Positions 12,700-26,820 of a stretch of DNA of 64,000 nucleotides are shown piece after piece. Position numbers and translations under genes: made by a program. The notes under the pieces were generated by a model. The model was given only the letters and a program-made list of their open reading frames with translations. It was not told the origin of the DNA and ran no database searches. Source of the DNA: Lama guanicoe (taxonomy: Eukaryota); assembly GCA_013239625.1 (NCBI GenBank), contig MU053493.1:753793-817792 (forward strand). Reading direction: 5' to 3'. Each line of letters begins with the position of its first letter. The stretch's first letter is position 1.

Positions 12700-13880
12700 A
12701 GATTTTAAAACCTGAGAATAACCCGCTCTGGTTTGATGCTGACCTTCTCCCAGTGAGAAGGAATCCTGCCAGCAAACTGTCTTTGTACTCAAACTGCAAC
12801 ACTTCCCTGAGTCTCCAGCCTGCCAGCTTACCCCATCAGATTCTGGACTCACCCAGTATCCCACAATCACCAGGATGTCACTGGGGTGGCAGTGTCATCT
12901 CTATGCTCTATGGATAGGTACATAACTTGTCAGTTCTCTGCAAAGGTCCTCCCAGAGGGTCCTGCTCTTAGGGGTCCCACCCCCTGGGGCCTTGCCAGCT
13001 GACTGGACTATTGAAACTGAGGCAGTGGTCCTGATGAGCTCTGAATTGCCTCTAAGATCACTCTTCCCCTTGAAGGATATTGTGTATTTACAGGCAAAAA
13101 AATAGCTCTATGGTTCCATCTTGTGGAATCCTTGAAATCCAACAGTCTCCCTTCATTCCATTTTGTTTTCTCTGTTACCTTTAGTTCAAACTGGCAGTGT
13201 CTCTGCGTCTACAGTCCCGCCTCTATCCTCGACGCCTGCTGAGATGGCTAAGTAAGTCCACAGCTGCACCCGTATAACCTTTCTCACATGGTGGTTCAGC
13301 TGCGTCTTTTGTGTTCTGTTCAGGGCAGGCTTTCTCAATGTTTGTGACATGGACAGGCTGAGACTTTTCCAAATCCTCAAGTTCATTTCCGTTTAATAAT
13401 TCCTACTTCAATCTGCGTCTCTCCTTTTGTGTTTTACTCTAAGCAGGTGGGAGTAACCAAGCCACTCCTTCAATACTTTGCTTTAAATTGTGCTCAGCTA
13501 AATATCTAACTTCATTGCTTACAAGGTGTACCTTCCACAAAATGCTAGAACACAGCTCAGCCAAGGTATTTGTCAATTTATAACAAGAATTGCTTTTCCT
13601 TCAGTTTCTAATAACTTGTTTTTTTTTAAATAATCTCATCAGAATTGCCTTTGACTTCCATATTTCCAGCATAGACCTCAAAACTCTTCCAGCCTCTACC
13701 CATTACCTAGTTCCAAAGCCACTTCCACATTTTCAGGGGTTTATTACAGCAGCACCTCACATCTCAAAGCTAAAACATCTATTATGCTACTCAACCTGAC
13801 ATAATAAAATACCATAGATTAGTGGCTTAACCAACATACATTTATTTTGCTCACAGTTCTGGAGGCTGAGAAGTCCAAGT
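12700..13880. mobile_element. Cluster of ERVL/MaLR LTR fragments (MLT2-like ~12700-12870; MLT1/MST-like ~12870-13880)
   Basis: MLT2-like cctgagtctccagcctgccagcttaccccatcagatt; MaLR motifs ttccaaagccacttccacattttcagg and ctcacagttctggaggctgagaagtccaag. Confidence 0.6.
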
Positions 13881-14995
13881 TTTTTTTTTATTGAAGTATG
13901 GTTGATTTACAGTATTGTCTTAATTTCAGGTATGTAGCAAAACGATTCATTTATATATTTTTCAGACTATTTTCCATCATGTTATTATCAGATATAGTTC
14001 CCTGTGTTACATAGTAAATCCTTTTGCTGGTCTATTTTGTGTGTAGTAGTTTTTATCTGTGAATTCCATACTCCTAATTTAACACCCCCCTCATTTTCCC
14101 CTTTGGTAGCCATGTTTGTTCTCTAGGTCTGTGAGTCTGTTTCTGTTCTGCATATCGATTCATCTGTATTATTAATTAGATTCCACACATAAGTGGTGTC
14201 ATATCTTTGTCTCTGTCTGATTTACTTCACTTAGTGTGATAAGCTCTAGGTTCATCCATGTTGCTGCAAATGGCAATTATTTCATTATATTTTATGGCTG
14301 AGTAGTATTCCATTTTACCACATCGTTGTAAACCAATCATCTCTTGTTGGGCATTTGGGTTGTTTCCATGTCTTGGCTATTGTAATAGTACTGCTGTGAA
14401 CATTGGGTGCATGTATCTTTTAAAATTAGAGTTGTCATCTTCTCTAGATATATGCCTAGGAGTGGGATTGCTGGTAACTGTTTTTTTTAAGAAACCTTCA
14501 TACTGTCCTCCATAGTGGCTGTACTAATTTACCTTCCCACCAACAGTCTAGGACTGTTCCCTTTTCTCTACACCCTCTCCAGCATTTAATATTTGTAGAT
14601 TTTTGAATGATGGCCATTCTGATCAGTGTGAGGTAATAACTTGTAGTTTTGATTTGCATTTTGCTAAAAATTAGCGATGTTGGGCATCTTTTTGTGTGCC
14701 TATTGGCCATCTGTATGTCTTCTTTGGAGAGATGTCTATTTAGGTTTTCTGCCCATCTTTTGATTGAGTTGTTTGGTTTTTGATATTGAATTGCATGAGC
14801 CGTTTGTATATTTTGGATATTAACTCCTTGCTGGTCAGATCATTTACAAATATTTTTCTTCCATTTTGTAGATTGTCTTTTCATTTTTGCTGATGGTTTC
14901 CTTTGCTGTGCAATGCTTTTAAGTTTGACTAGGTTCCATTTGTTTGCTTTTGTCTTGGGAGACTGATCAACAAAATATTGCTACGATTTATGTCG
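13881..14995 (-). mobile_element. 5'-truncated L1 (ORF2 C-terminus plus 3'UTR)
   Basis: Poly(T) start; ORF 14498-14710(-) [27 protein letters not shown] is the L1 ORF2 cysteine-rich C-terminus. Confidence 0.85.
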
Positions 14996-15599
14996 GACAT
15001 TGGCAGTTCTTGAAAGTGCTTGAACTAACTTTACATTTGCCGTCAATATGCGAGAGTCAGCACTTGATGTCAGTTTTTCTTAAAATTTCAGCCTGTCCAG
15101 TTGGCGTATACCTGTGCATTGTGGTTTCAGTTTGCACAGTCGTATTCACGGTGACTGACAATGCTGGGTATGCTTTTCATTTGCTTATTGGCTACTTGAA
15201 CATTCCTGTTTCTAAAGTGATTATTTAAATGTTTTATCTAACATTTTATTGGAGTACATAATAAAGGTTTTGACCCTATTTAAAAAAACAACAACACACA
15301 TTTATTATCTTACAGTTTATTTTTGAGTACAGGGAGGGCTTAACTGGGTTCTCTGACCAAGGTCTTATAAGTCTCCAGCCAAGGTGCTGACTGGGCTGTG
15401 TTCTCATCTAGAACTCAGGGCCTTCTTCCAATATCACCCAGGTTGTTGGCCGAATCAGTTCCTTGCAGTTGTAGATCTGGGGCTCTTCCACGCCTGAGGC
15501 CACCCCCTTCTTCTGGGCTAGCCAGAGGTCCTCACAGCAATAAGGTTCCTTGCCTCCCAGGAAGGGGCCTGGTAAGGCTGCTGGGAGCCCTTTGAGCAG

Positions 15600-18500
15600 G
15601 GTGCCAGGCTGGCTTTCCATGGGGCTTTATGGGCTCCATGAGTCCACCTGGTCCCTTCAAGAATAAATATCAATCTCAGCAAAACTTAGCTCTTTTAATA
15701 TTAAGAGAACTAGATTTACTTCAGTAATCAAAGACCTGCTAAAGACAACAAGGAACATAAGTGGTTATTCTGACAAGACATGGGATACTTTTTTTAAAAT
15801 TTTAGGCAGACTACTTAAAGGTAAAGAAAAACCTTTCATAATCTCATTATCATGAGCAGAGCAATAGGAAAGAAATCTTTGTCCTTTTAACAGAGAGAAA
15901 ATCAGTGTCAAAGTTTATACCAGTTTACATTTGATATTAAAATTTACTTGCTTAATTGCATTTATTTAAATCTTATCCAGTCTTCACCACACACATAAAA
16001 CTCCTTTCCAAAAAGTCCTTTATTCATAAACCTTTTATAAATCTCCGTGTCCATTTTAGTTTGTCCGTTGTTTTCATTCCCATTTAGAAATAACCAGATT
16101 TAAGCCAAAATCACCACCTTTTCCTTTACAAATATATCTCCAAACATTAAACCTTTCCTCACTGCAAAAATACATCCTATGTCTATTATTATGTCTGGTA
16201 GATTTAACCATGTATACTAATTAGAATTCTTAACATTTAAAAATTTTATCATTTTTAAGGGAAAATAAAGAAGTAAACAATCGTGAACTGTATTAGCATT
16301 TTGTGATTTGGCAAACCTATAAGTACGTTTTACAATTTTTTAGGAAAATATGCTACTTCCTGGTAAAATCTTTCAATAAATCACAAGATATATTTATTAA
16401 TAGAGACAAACCAACTCAGTCTATCTCTAGTAAGAGGCCAAAGGTAGGTAGAAACTTAGACTTGTTTAGCAGTTAAGGTTCCAGTCTTTTATCTTATTCA
16501 GAAATGATGTAGACACTCAATGAATCCCATCATTTAATTTTACAAACTCTAAGGAAGTAAATTACTAAAGAGACATAGGAAACTAGTTAAGTAGACACAT
16601 CATAAAACAATTATTGTTTAAAGTTCACCTAAAACTTATTATCATTTACATCTTCACTGTATTTGTTCTTAATAATCATTGCCAGATTATTCATAAAATT
16701 TCAGGAGACATTAAAACAGTTAGTCATTATCTTATGTTTTTTATGTATTTTACTTCTATTTTTGCTGACAAATTTTACAGCAGAGAAAAACATTAACTCA
16801 TTTGACTAGTATAACCAGGTAGAACGAAAGTTGTCTATCTGTAGCATATTTAATGCTAACACTGAAGACATACCTGGACTGATTAAGATAACAAGCCTAA
16901 AATTAACTTTTATTTGCCAAGTATTGTCCTAGATCATGTAAACTTAAAAAACACCTGGGATAGTTTTTTTAATTATATTTTTGAGATTTTTTATATAGAG
17001 TTTGTTGGTTTAAAGTCAATTAAATAGAGCTCTCTTACTGATTAATTTTGGCAGTACCATCTGGATGTAACATACACATACAGACCTATAAACAGGCACA
17101 ACCAGAGATCTCATTTTAAAACTTTAGTCATGATTCAGATACAATACAAAACTCACAAGTTTATAAATAACAGGTTATTCATTCAGATGGCTAAAGTCTT
17201 TATTATTTGTGAAAAAGACTTTTAAAATATATATTTATCTTCAGTAAGCAATTTTAAGGGGGCTGTGATTTATGAGAGTTTAAGCAAGAATCTTTTTAGC
17301 AGTTTGTGTTTGCAAAGTTCTCTCTTTTTCTCCCTGTCTCTCTCTCTCTCTCTCTTTAGTTTCAGGTCCTACTGATTAATAAAATTCAGGCTCAGTCTTA
17401 GCAGATGTGGCTGTGTTTATGTTTTACAGGTATGATAAAATTTATACCTTTAAGGGACAGAGTAAGAAAATGTAAGATTTCTTCCCCTAGGAGTTTTGGG
17501 GTATATTTGTCTATTATCATAAGTCTTAGGATAATTATTATTGATTTTATAAAGTGCAGGACAACTCTGCTCCAATATCCTCATCTTTTATAATATTGGC
17601 AAGCATTTTGAGAGGAACAGGCAAGGCCTTGGGACTGAAAAAAAAGTGGGCCTTGGGTTGTTTCTAGAGTTACAATTCTTGTTCGGTAGAAATTTGCATG
17701 ATAAAGACAGTTGTTTCTGTTAGTTGAATATTGTACTGCAGCTGACTTACTTCCTTATCATTTGTAGGAGGGTCTGAGGAATTGCTGAGGAGAGGAGGTG
17801 GTTTTTAAGAAGGGAATTTATATTGGGTTTTTGTTAAGTCTAATTTTCTGTTCTTTCACCTTGAAAAGTGATTCTCTTAAACTTAGTCATTATACACTTT
17901 TCCCCCTTTTAATTTGATTCTTAAGTACCAATATGACAGCTGTTTATAATGAGAGTTCTCAGTTTTTTCTTTTAATATAGCCAATATAAAGGATCTATCA
18001 TCTTGCCATTGATAAGTAGGGCTCAAATCAATATGCATTTTATTATGACTTAACCAATGGTGCAAGAGGCATCTCACAAAACAGTATAGGGCCCTTACAA
18101 GATTCAAAACTCTCAAACTGAACATTAGTCTAAGACAGTAAAAACCCTTTCCTGCTACAGGCAGTAAGAACAGTGTAGTGAAAATGGTGTTTCCATTGTC
18201 CCATAAAAATATGGGGCACCTCCAGATGTAAACCTGCTAATTTATGGCGCCAGGCGGGTACTACTGGAATTTTTCCATCAGTAACAAGCAAAGGTTGACA
18301 TGGCAAAGGCCCCTTATGGGCTGGGACTGCTTAGGGCAAACTCCCCTGGGAGCTGGTACAGTGCAACAAGAGAGGGCTGCTTGTGACTTCGGGCCTCCGA
18401 ACCCCGGTTTCTTTGGTGGGCCACCAGATGCACCCCAGTAAATGCACCTGCCAGATGGCAGAGACCAGGAAGAATGTTCTCATCGGACACAAATCCAAGC

Positions 18501-18990
18501 TCTCAGGACATAGAAAAAATGGAAGGAAAAAACTTTATCCCATTTTTACATAGAGAGCTGAAATCCAAGTTTTTCTAAGCAGATGCTGGTCTGGTGAGAA
18601 CTGGTGAGTCTGGCTCTGATAGCAGGTGACAGGGTCCCTGCCCTATGGTTCTGCCCTGGGGTTCTTGTTCCTTATGACAAGCAACACAACAGACAGAGCC
18701 ACAGAAAAACAGTGACCATCTCTGGGAGGAAACAGATCCCCAGTAGTCACTAATCCAAGGAACTAGCTGCACAAATATTTTCTCCTGCTAATCTGAATTG
18801 AGTGAGTGAGAGAAAGAGAGAAAAGGATTCTCACCATTTTGCCTTCCAACAGGCCTTGCGGGCAGAGATCTGGGAGGCTAACGTGGTACAAAATCTTACT
18901 TTCTGAAGGTCTTTGTCACATGTCCCCAGGTCCCTCAGCTGTAGCAGCCTCAGGGAGGAGGCAGGGTCCAGCCAGCCTGCAGCCTGGATC
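15600..18990 (-). mobile_element. Degenerate non-autonomous ERV1 (MER4-group-like) internal region
   Basis: Long AT-rich segment resembling MER4-group internal sequence; no gag/pol/env ORF survives; abuts an LTR-like segment. Confidence 0.5.
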
Positions 18991-18999
18991 ACCAACCAT

Positions 19000-19690
19000 T
19001 GAGGAGGGGAAATTTCTCCCTCTACCCAGCTTGATTTTGTGTGGCTGGACTAATGACAATTTGACACAAGACAAATTGGCAGGAGAAAAAGAAACAAATT
19101 TTAATTCATGTGCATGGAGGTGTCATAGAAATGGGACCCAGAAGTGCCCAAGGCAGGCAGCTTTCATACTTTTTAGGCAAAGAAGCAATACATTTGTGAG
19201 TAATTGACAGGACAAAGAAACAGGCCCAGTTACTGAAGAAGCCAAACAGAATTTGGGCTTTGGGTAGTAAATTAAAGAAGTAGCAAGGGTTGTTTAGATA
19301 GGCATCCTGGTCCAAATTCCTTATCTCTGGCTGTGATCGTGTCCTTTAACCTCCAGATGCAGGGAGGGCACCTTTCACATGAGAGATTTACTTCCTGCTT
19401 TCGTGGAGACAGAGAGGTGGTTCAGAGTGTCCCTCTTGCTTTCTTAAGTAACTGTAACTTCTTTGGCAGCAGGGGAGGGAATTAAGTTTTTTATTTATTT
19501 TTTATTATTTTTTAAATTTTTAATGGAGGTTCTAGGGGTTGAACCCAGGACCTCTTTCTTGCATGCTAAGCATGTGCTCTACCACTGAACTATACCCTCC
19601 CTGCCTTGTTTCTTAAGTAACTTTAATTCAGAATGATCAGTATGCCACTGAGGCACATTTTGAGGGGGCCTAGCCCAGGCTCCAATACTG
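19000..19690 (-). mobile_element. ERV1-type LTR interrupted by a SINE
   Basis: tgaggaggggaaatttctccctctaccc...gacacaagacaaattggcaggagaaaaag resembles laurasiatherian ERV1 LTRs; family not assigned. Confidence 0.5.
19454..19603 (-). mobile_element. Vic-1-type camelid tRNA-derived SINE
   Basis: Reverse complement reads gggagggtatagttcagtggtagagcacatgcttagcatgc...gaggtcctgggttcaacccc (A and B boxes) plus an A-rich tail. Flanked by TSD cttg(c)tttcttaagtaact at 19435-19453 and 19605-19622. Confidence 0.85.
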
Positions 19691-20099
19691 TTTAAGATGT
19701 TGAATGCAAGGACTGTGTGCAGTGGCAAAGCCGTGGAGGTCGTCCATGACTAGCCAGGTAAAGGTGGACTGTGACCATGTGGAGAGGAAAGCAAACTGTC
19801 TCAGAAGTTGTGAAAATAAGCACTTGTGGTGTCTATGCCTCTGACAGTATGCTTTTTGTTGGTGATGCAAATGCTTGATGTTGAGCTGCTAATTGCCAAG
19901 GCATCCATTTCAAGGGCATTTCCTTGAATGAGCATATTAGCAGCTGTGGGTCACAGGTAAGATCTAAACAGATAAGGAGCCAGGCCACCCAACCCATGAA
20001 GTTCCCCTTTCAGGAAGCCCCAGGTAACCTAGATAACTAAGCTTCGAATGGCCCTGCTTTTTCCTTCCCAAGCCCTAATTCCCACTCTTAGTTTTATGT

Positions 20100-23000
20100 A
20101 TTTTGAATTTTATTTAATTGAAGTATAGTTGATTTTAAATGTGTTAGTTTCTGGTGTACAGCATAGTGATTCAGTTATACATATACATATATATTCTTTT
20201 CATATCCTTTTTCATTGTAGGCTATTACAAGGAATTGAATATAGTTCCTTGTGCTACATGATAGGTCCTTGTGGTTTATCTATTTTATATATAGTAATGT
20301 GTATATGTTAATCCCAGGCTCCTAATTTATCCTTCCCCCAGCCCCTTTCCCTTTTGGTAACCATAACTTTGTTTTCTATATCTGTAAGTCTATTTCTGTT
20401 TTGCAAATAAGTTTATTTGTATCTTTTTTTTTAGATTCCACATATAAGTTGTATCAGATGATTTTTTTGTTTCTCTGACTTAATTCACTTAGTACGATAA
20501 TCTCTAGATCCATCCATTTTGCTGCAAATGGCATTATTTGGTTCTTTTGTATGGCTGAGTAGTATTCCATTGTATAAATATACCACAACTTCTTTATCCA
20601 GTCCTGCCGATGGACATTTATGTTGTTTCCATGTCTTGGCTACTGTAAATAGTGCTGCTATGAACATTGGGGTGCATGTAACATTTTGAATTAGATTCCC
20701 CTCTGAATATATACCTAGGAGTGAGATTGCTGGATCACATGGTAGCTCTATTTTTATTTTTTTAAGGAACGTCCATACAGTTTTCCATAGTGGCAGCACC
20801 AAACTGCATTCCCACCAGCAGTGTAGGAACTTTCCCTTTTCTCCACACCATCTCCAGCACTTTTTTTTTTTTTGATGATGACCATTCTGACCAGTGTGAG
20901 GTGACACTTCATTGTAGTTTTGATTTGCATTTCTCTGATAATTAGCAATGTTGAGCATCTTCTCATGTGCCTGTTGGCCATCTGCACGTCTTCTTTGGAG
21001 AGATGTCTATTTAGGTCTCTTGCCCATTTTTTGATTGTGTTGTTTGGGTTTTGATATTGGGCTGTATGAGGTGTTTGTTTATTTTGGATATTAACTCCTT
21101 CTCAGTTGCATCATTTGCAAAGATTTTCTCCCATTCCATAGATTTCCTTTTCATTTTGTTGATGGTTTCCTTTGCTGTGAAAAAGCTTTTAAGTTGAATT
21201 AGGTCCCATTTGTTTATTTTTGCTTTTATTTCCTTTGCTTTGGGAGACTGACCTAAGAAAATATTGCTATGATTTGCCAGAGAATGGTTTGCCTATGCTC
21301 TCTTCTGAAAGTTTTATGGTACCATGTCTTATATGTAGGCCTTTAAACAATTTTGAGTTTATTTCTGTATATGGTGTGAGGGGGTGTTCTAATTTCATTG
21401 ATTTTTATGTGTCTGTCCAGCTTTCCCAGCATCACTCACTGAAGAGACTGTCTTTTTTCCATTGGGTATTCTTACCTCTTTTGTCATTGATTAATTGACC
21501 ACAGGTGTGTGGGTTTGTTTCTGGGCTCTCTATACTGTTCCATTGATCTATATGTCTGTTTTTGTGCAAATACTACATTTTCTTAATTACAGTAGCTCTA
21601 TAGTATTGTCTGAAGTCTGGATGGGTTATACCTCCAGCTTTGTTCTTTTTCCTCAAGATTGTTTTGGCAGTTCTGGGTTTTTTGTGGCTCCATATAAATT
21701 TTAGGATTATTTGTCCTAGTTCTGTGAAAAATGTGTATTTTGATAGAGATCCCATTAAACCTGTACATTGCTTTTGGTAGTTATGGCCATTTTAATATTA
21801 GTGCTTCCAATACAAGAGCATAGGGTATCTTTCCATTGATTTTAATCATCTTCACTTTCTTTCATCAGTGTTTTATAGTTCTCAGTGTGTAGGTCTTTCA
21901 ACTCCTTGGTTAAGTTCATTCCTAGGTATTTTATTTTAGTCTTTGATGTGATTTTAAATGGCATTAAAAAGCACTTTCTCTTTCAATCTTTCATTGTTAG
22001 TGTAAAGGAATGCAGCAGATTTCTGTATATTAATCTTGTATCCTGATACCTTGCTGAATTCATTTATTTGTTCTAATGGTTTGTGTGTGGAGACTTAAGG
22101 GTTTTATAGATAGAGTGTTATGCCATGTGCATATAGTGGCAGTTTTACATCTACCCCTCCAATATGGAAACCTTTTATTTCCTTTTCTTGTGTGACTGCT
22201 CTGGCTAGGACTTCAAATACTGTCGAATAGAAGTGGTAAGAGTTGACATCCTTGTCTTTTTTTCAGAATTTAGTGAGAAGGCTTTTAGCTTTTCACCATT
22301 GAATATTATGTTGGCTGTGGGCTTGACACAAATAGTTCTTGTTATGTTCCCTCCATGACCAGCTGAGAAATTTTATCATGAATAGTTGCTGCATTTTATT
22401 AAATGACTTTTCTGTGTCTATTAAGATGACCACTTTTTGTCTTTTGTTGTTGTTGTTGTTGCTAATGTGATGTATCACATTGATTGATTTGTGTATGTTG
22501 AACCATCTTTGCAACCCTGGATGGAGTCTGACATGATAATGGCATAAGTTCCTTTTTTATATATTGTTAGATTTGATTTCCTCGTATTTTGTTGAGGGTT
22601 CTTGCATTTATATTCATGAATGAATTTGGGGGTGTTCCCTCCTCTTCAGTCTTTTTGAATAGTTTGAGAAGGATAGACATAATCCCTTTATGTATGCTTT
22701 GTACAAATCCCCTGAAGCCATAGGATCCTGGACATTTGTTTGCAGGCAGATTTTTTTTTGTTTTAAATTACAGATTTTATTTCCCTTCTAGTGACCAGTT
22801 GTGATTTTTCCCTTTCCTCTAGGTTCTTGCTTCTTTCCTGTTTAGAGAAGACCTTTCAATATTCCCTTTAGCTTAGGTTTAGTCTTCCTATACTTTTTAT
22901 TTTTACTTGTGTGAGACGTTCTTTCTCTCTTCTTCTATTCTAAATAATAATATTTCTGGGTAGAGTATCCTAGGTTGCAGTTTGTTCCCTTCCAGGACTT

Positions 23001-25130
23001 TGAATATATCATGCCATTCTCTTCTGTCCTGCAAAATATCAGCAGAGAAATCAGCTGACAGCCTTATGGGAGTTCCCTTGTAACTGACTGTTTTTCTTGC
23101 TTTATTTAGAATCCTCTATTTTTAAAGTTTTGCCATTTTAATGAAAATGTGTCTTGGTGAGGGTCTATTTGGGTACATCTTGTTTGGGATCCTCTGTGCT
23201 TCTAGTACCTGGATATATGTGTCCTTCTTTAGGTTTGGGAAGTTTTCTGTCATAATTTCTTCAAGTATTTTATCAGTTTCCTTTTTTCTCTCTTCTCCTT
23301 CTTGACCCCCTAATATACATATGTTGGCATGCCTTATATTACCCCATAGATCTCATGTGCTGCTTTCATTTTTCTTTTCTTCAAATTTGTCTGTCTGCTG
23401 TTCAGATTGGGAAATTTTCATTATTCTATCTTCCAGATCACTAATTCATTTTTCTGCATTTTTAGACTGCTATTCATTGCTTCCAGATTGTTTTTTTATC
23501 TTGGAAGTTGAGTTGTCTTATTTTGATTGGTTCCTTTTTATAGTTCCTAACTCATTGTTAGAGTGTCTGTATTTCTATAGATAGTATTTCTTAATTCCTT
23601 TGCTACTTTTATTACCTCCTTTTTGAACTCAGGGTCTGGTAGACTGGTGAGGTCTTATTTCATTATTTGATCTTTCAGGGGATTTTTCTTGTTTTAATTG
23701 GGAGTCCTTCCTTTACTTTTTCATTTTACTTAACTTTTTATGTCTCTGTGAATTTAGGAGAAGCAGTTATCTACTGTGGTTTTGAATGGGGTGTTTTTAT
23801 GTGGGAGAACCCCTGTGTGGACTGTGTGTGTCCAGTATTTCTGTTGCAAGTGCTGTATTTCATATGGATGCCTGCCACACCTTTTCTCAGAGTGTTCTGT
23901 CCATTGTCCCTTTGATAGGGAGTGTGGTTGGTGCTGTGGTGACCAGAGTCTTCACCTCATGTTGGGCAGGGCCTCCTCTTTGCTCTGTGGATGTTGAGCC
24001 CTGTCAGGGGCAGGTCTCTTTCCCTGTTGTTGGGTAGAAGCCCTGAAGGTCAGGTTTGATAAGGCTCTGTTGCCCTTAGGTGTGTGCTCTCTCCAAAGCA
24101 GATGATTGCTGAAGCAAGTGATGCCTGAGTGGTCACAGTAAACCTATACACGTCCTGTGCAGGTGTCCATGGTTCTCCCCAGAGAAAGGCCATGGTCACA
24201 TCCCTTTCTCTGTTGTGTTCATCTCATACCTAGTGCTGGGCTGGTACTTGGGGTCGGGTTCTGTGGTTGCAGGAATCAAGGTGATTGTGCTGCCACCAGC
24301 TGGGAACTTGGATGCCTCTATGGCAAGGCTTTCTCATGATCTGCTCATCCAATATCCAGCTCCAAGTTGTGGGGTTGGTAGTTGGAATGGGAGAGCTCCC
24401 ACTGGGAAATGAACCACTGCCTACTTCTCCCAAGGGCTGTCTGCCAGAGACATGCATTTCTGTGGTGCCACCTGCTGGACACCCCTCCCAGGCCCACCCT
24501 CGCCGTGCACACACTGACAGTGGGCTCCAATGAGGGACGTGCACCTGCCAGGCATGCTCGAGCTGACAGTGGGATCCAGGGTTCAGCCTGAACCACATCC
24601 CAGCCTCTCCAGCATGTCTCTGTGCAGCTAAACTAAGTCTTCTCCCAGGGCCCATCTGCTTGAGATTCAGGGCCTGGCTGCTTCTTATACTGTCAGCTCC
24701 ACCTGGTGCACATTTTGAGCTGCAATGTGTAGTGAGGTGGCAGCCATATGCCTCAGTCTCTTTTGGCCCCGATTGCTAGCAAGCCTGCACATGTGCACTC
24801 CTCGAGAGCAGAGTCCCCTCCAGCTCCTCTCTCTGTCCCAGTGGGCCTCCCAGAAGGCAAGGGGGCTCCTCAGGATGAAGGCCTGCATATGTGGACCTTC
24901 CCTCCTTCACAGATCCCTCCCAGGGGCACTGATTCCATCCTGATCCTTGCTGCGGCTGTTCTGCCCAACTCAGCTTCACAGGGATCTTTCATGCACCTTT
25001 ATTTGGATAAAAAATCTGCCAGTTTCCAGTTGCTTTTCTGTGAGAACTGGCCCATGTGTAGATGTACTCTGATGTGTTTTCAAGGGGAGGTGACCTCCAC
25101 GTACTCCTACTCTGCCATCATGGTCCTCTC
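20100..25130 (-). mobile_element. Older L1 retaining both ends but internally deleted (endonuclease region missing)
   Basis: 3' tail at ~20100. ORF2 fragments (20485-20958, 21573-21755, 22293-22514). ORF1-like sequence ~22830-23700. GC-rich 5'UTR ending in ggagaggaccatgatggcagagtaggag on the minus strand at ~25130. Confidence 0.85.
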
Positions 25131-25399
25131 CAAGACGTGATAAGATTCATAATTAAAGCAACAGAGAAAGAAAATGTAAGTTTTATCCTGGGAGCTTTGG
25201 AGTATATTTGTCTATTATCATAAGTCTTAGGGTCATTATTATTAAAAATTGTTTGAAGTACAGGACAACTTTGCTTCCGTATCCTGACTTTTATAATATC
25301 CACAAGCATTTTGAGAAGAATAGGTGAGGCCTTAGAACTCATGAAGATAGGTGGGCCTTGACCCGTTTCCAGAGTTGTCCTTGTAGTTTTGTAAAGATT

Positions 25400-26820
25400 G
25401 CTTTTCAATTCATTTTATGAGACCAGTAATCCTAAAAATAAAATCAGAAACAGACAGTACCAAAAATAAAACTATAGACCAATATCCTGCTATATAATAG
25501 ATGAAAAATCCCTTAGCAAAATATAAGCAAACATTTTTAATCATTAAAAAATTTGTATGGCATGATCAAGTGAGATTTCTTCCACTGATAAAAAGCTTGC
25601 TTAATATTCAAAAATCAATCAATGCAATGTACCATATTAACATTTCAAAGAAGAAAAATCCAAGGATCACATTTATTAATGCAGAAAAGGCATTTAACAA
25701 AATTCAACATATATTCATAATTAAAAAAAAAACTCTCAGAAAGTTAGGAACAGAGGGGAGCTTCCACAACTTGATAAAGAACATCTATCTCAAACCCATA
25801 TGGTAACATGACATTTAATGATCAAAGACTATATGTGTTCCCCTTAGGATCAGGGAAAGACAAGGATATCTACTTCTCACAATTATTACTCAATACAGTA
25901 TTGGAATTTCTAGCACACATATTAAGTCAAGGGGGGAGAAAGTTATGTAGGTTGTAACAGGAGAAATAGAACTGTCTTTATTTGAAAATGACATGACAGA
26001 CTATGGATAAAATCTCAAGGGATCTCCAAAATAATTCAACTAATAAGTGAGTTAATCAATAAATCACACAAGATCAACATATAGAAATTAAGTGTTTATA
26101 TACACTGTACTTGCAATAAAAACGTGAAAAACAAACACCATCAAGAAGGTGAAAAGAAAAACCTACAGGATGGGAAAAAATATACTTGATAAGGGACCTG
26201 TGTCCAGAATACTCAAAACAGTCTTATACCTCAACAATAGAAAGACAAACAGCTCAATTTAAAGTTGGGCAAAATATTTGAACAGACATTTATCCAAATA
26301 AGATACATAAATGACCAATAAGGCAAAAGAAATGGTGCTCAACATCAGTAGTCACTAGAGAAATGCAAATCAAAACCACAGCCAGATACCACTTTACACC
26401 CAAAAGGATGGCCCCAACAAAAAGATGGATAATATCAAGTATTGTTAAGGACATAGAGAAGCTGAAACCGGCATTGACTTCTGGTGGGAATGTAAAATGA
26501 TGCAGCTGTCTTGGACAACAGTAGTTCTTCAAAAAGTCAAACACAGAGTTACCATATAGCAATTACACTCCTAGGTATACACCCAAGAGGAAAGAAAATG
26601 TATGTCCACACAGAAACTTGTACATGAATGTTCATAATAGCATTATGTATATTGGCCAAAAAGTGGAAACAACCAAAATGTCCATTAACTGATGAATGGG
26701 TAAACAATATTTGGTATAAACATAAGATGGAATATTATTTGGTAATAAAAAATGAAGTTTTGATTCATGCCACACCCAGGATGAACCTTGAAAACATTAT
26801 GCTAATTAAAAGAAGTCAGC
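25400..26820 (+). mobile_element. Old L1M ORF2/3' remnants
   Basis: ORF 25501-25806 (INAEKAFNKIQH) is RT-like; ORF 26628-26843 (KWKQPKCPLTDEW) is ORF2 C-terminal. Confidence 0.75.

Noticed and set aside
18975..19000. Retroviral primer-binding site next to the LTR
   Set aside because: TGGTGATCCAGGC could not be matched confidently to a tRNA 3' end.
19520..19603. tRNA gene
   Set aside because: It is the tRNA-derived head of a SINE, with an A-rich tail, a TSD and an internal insertion.
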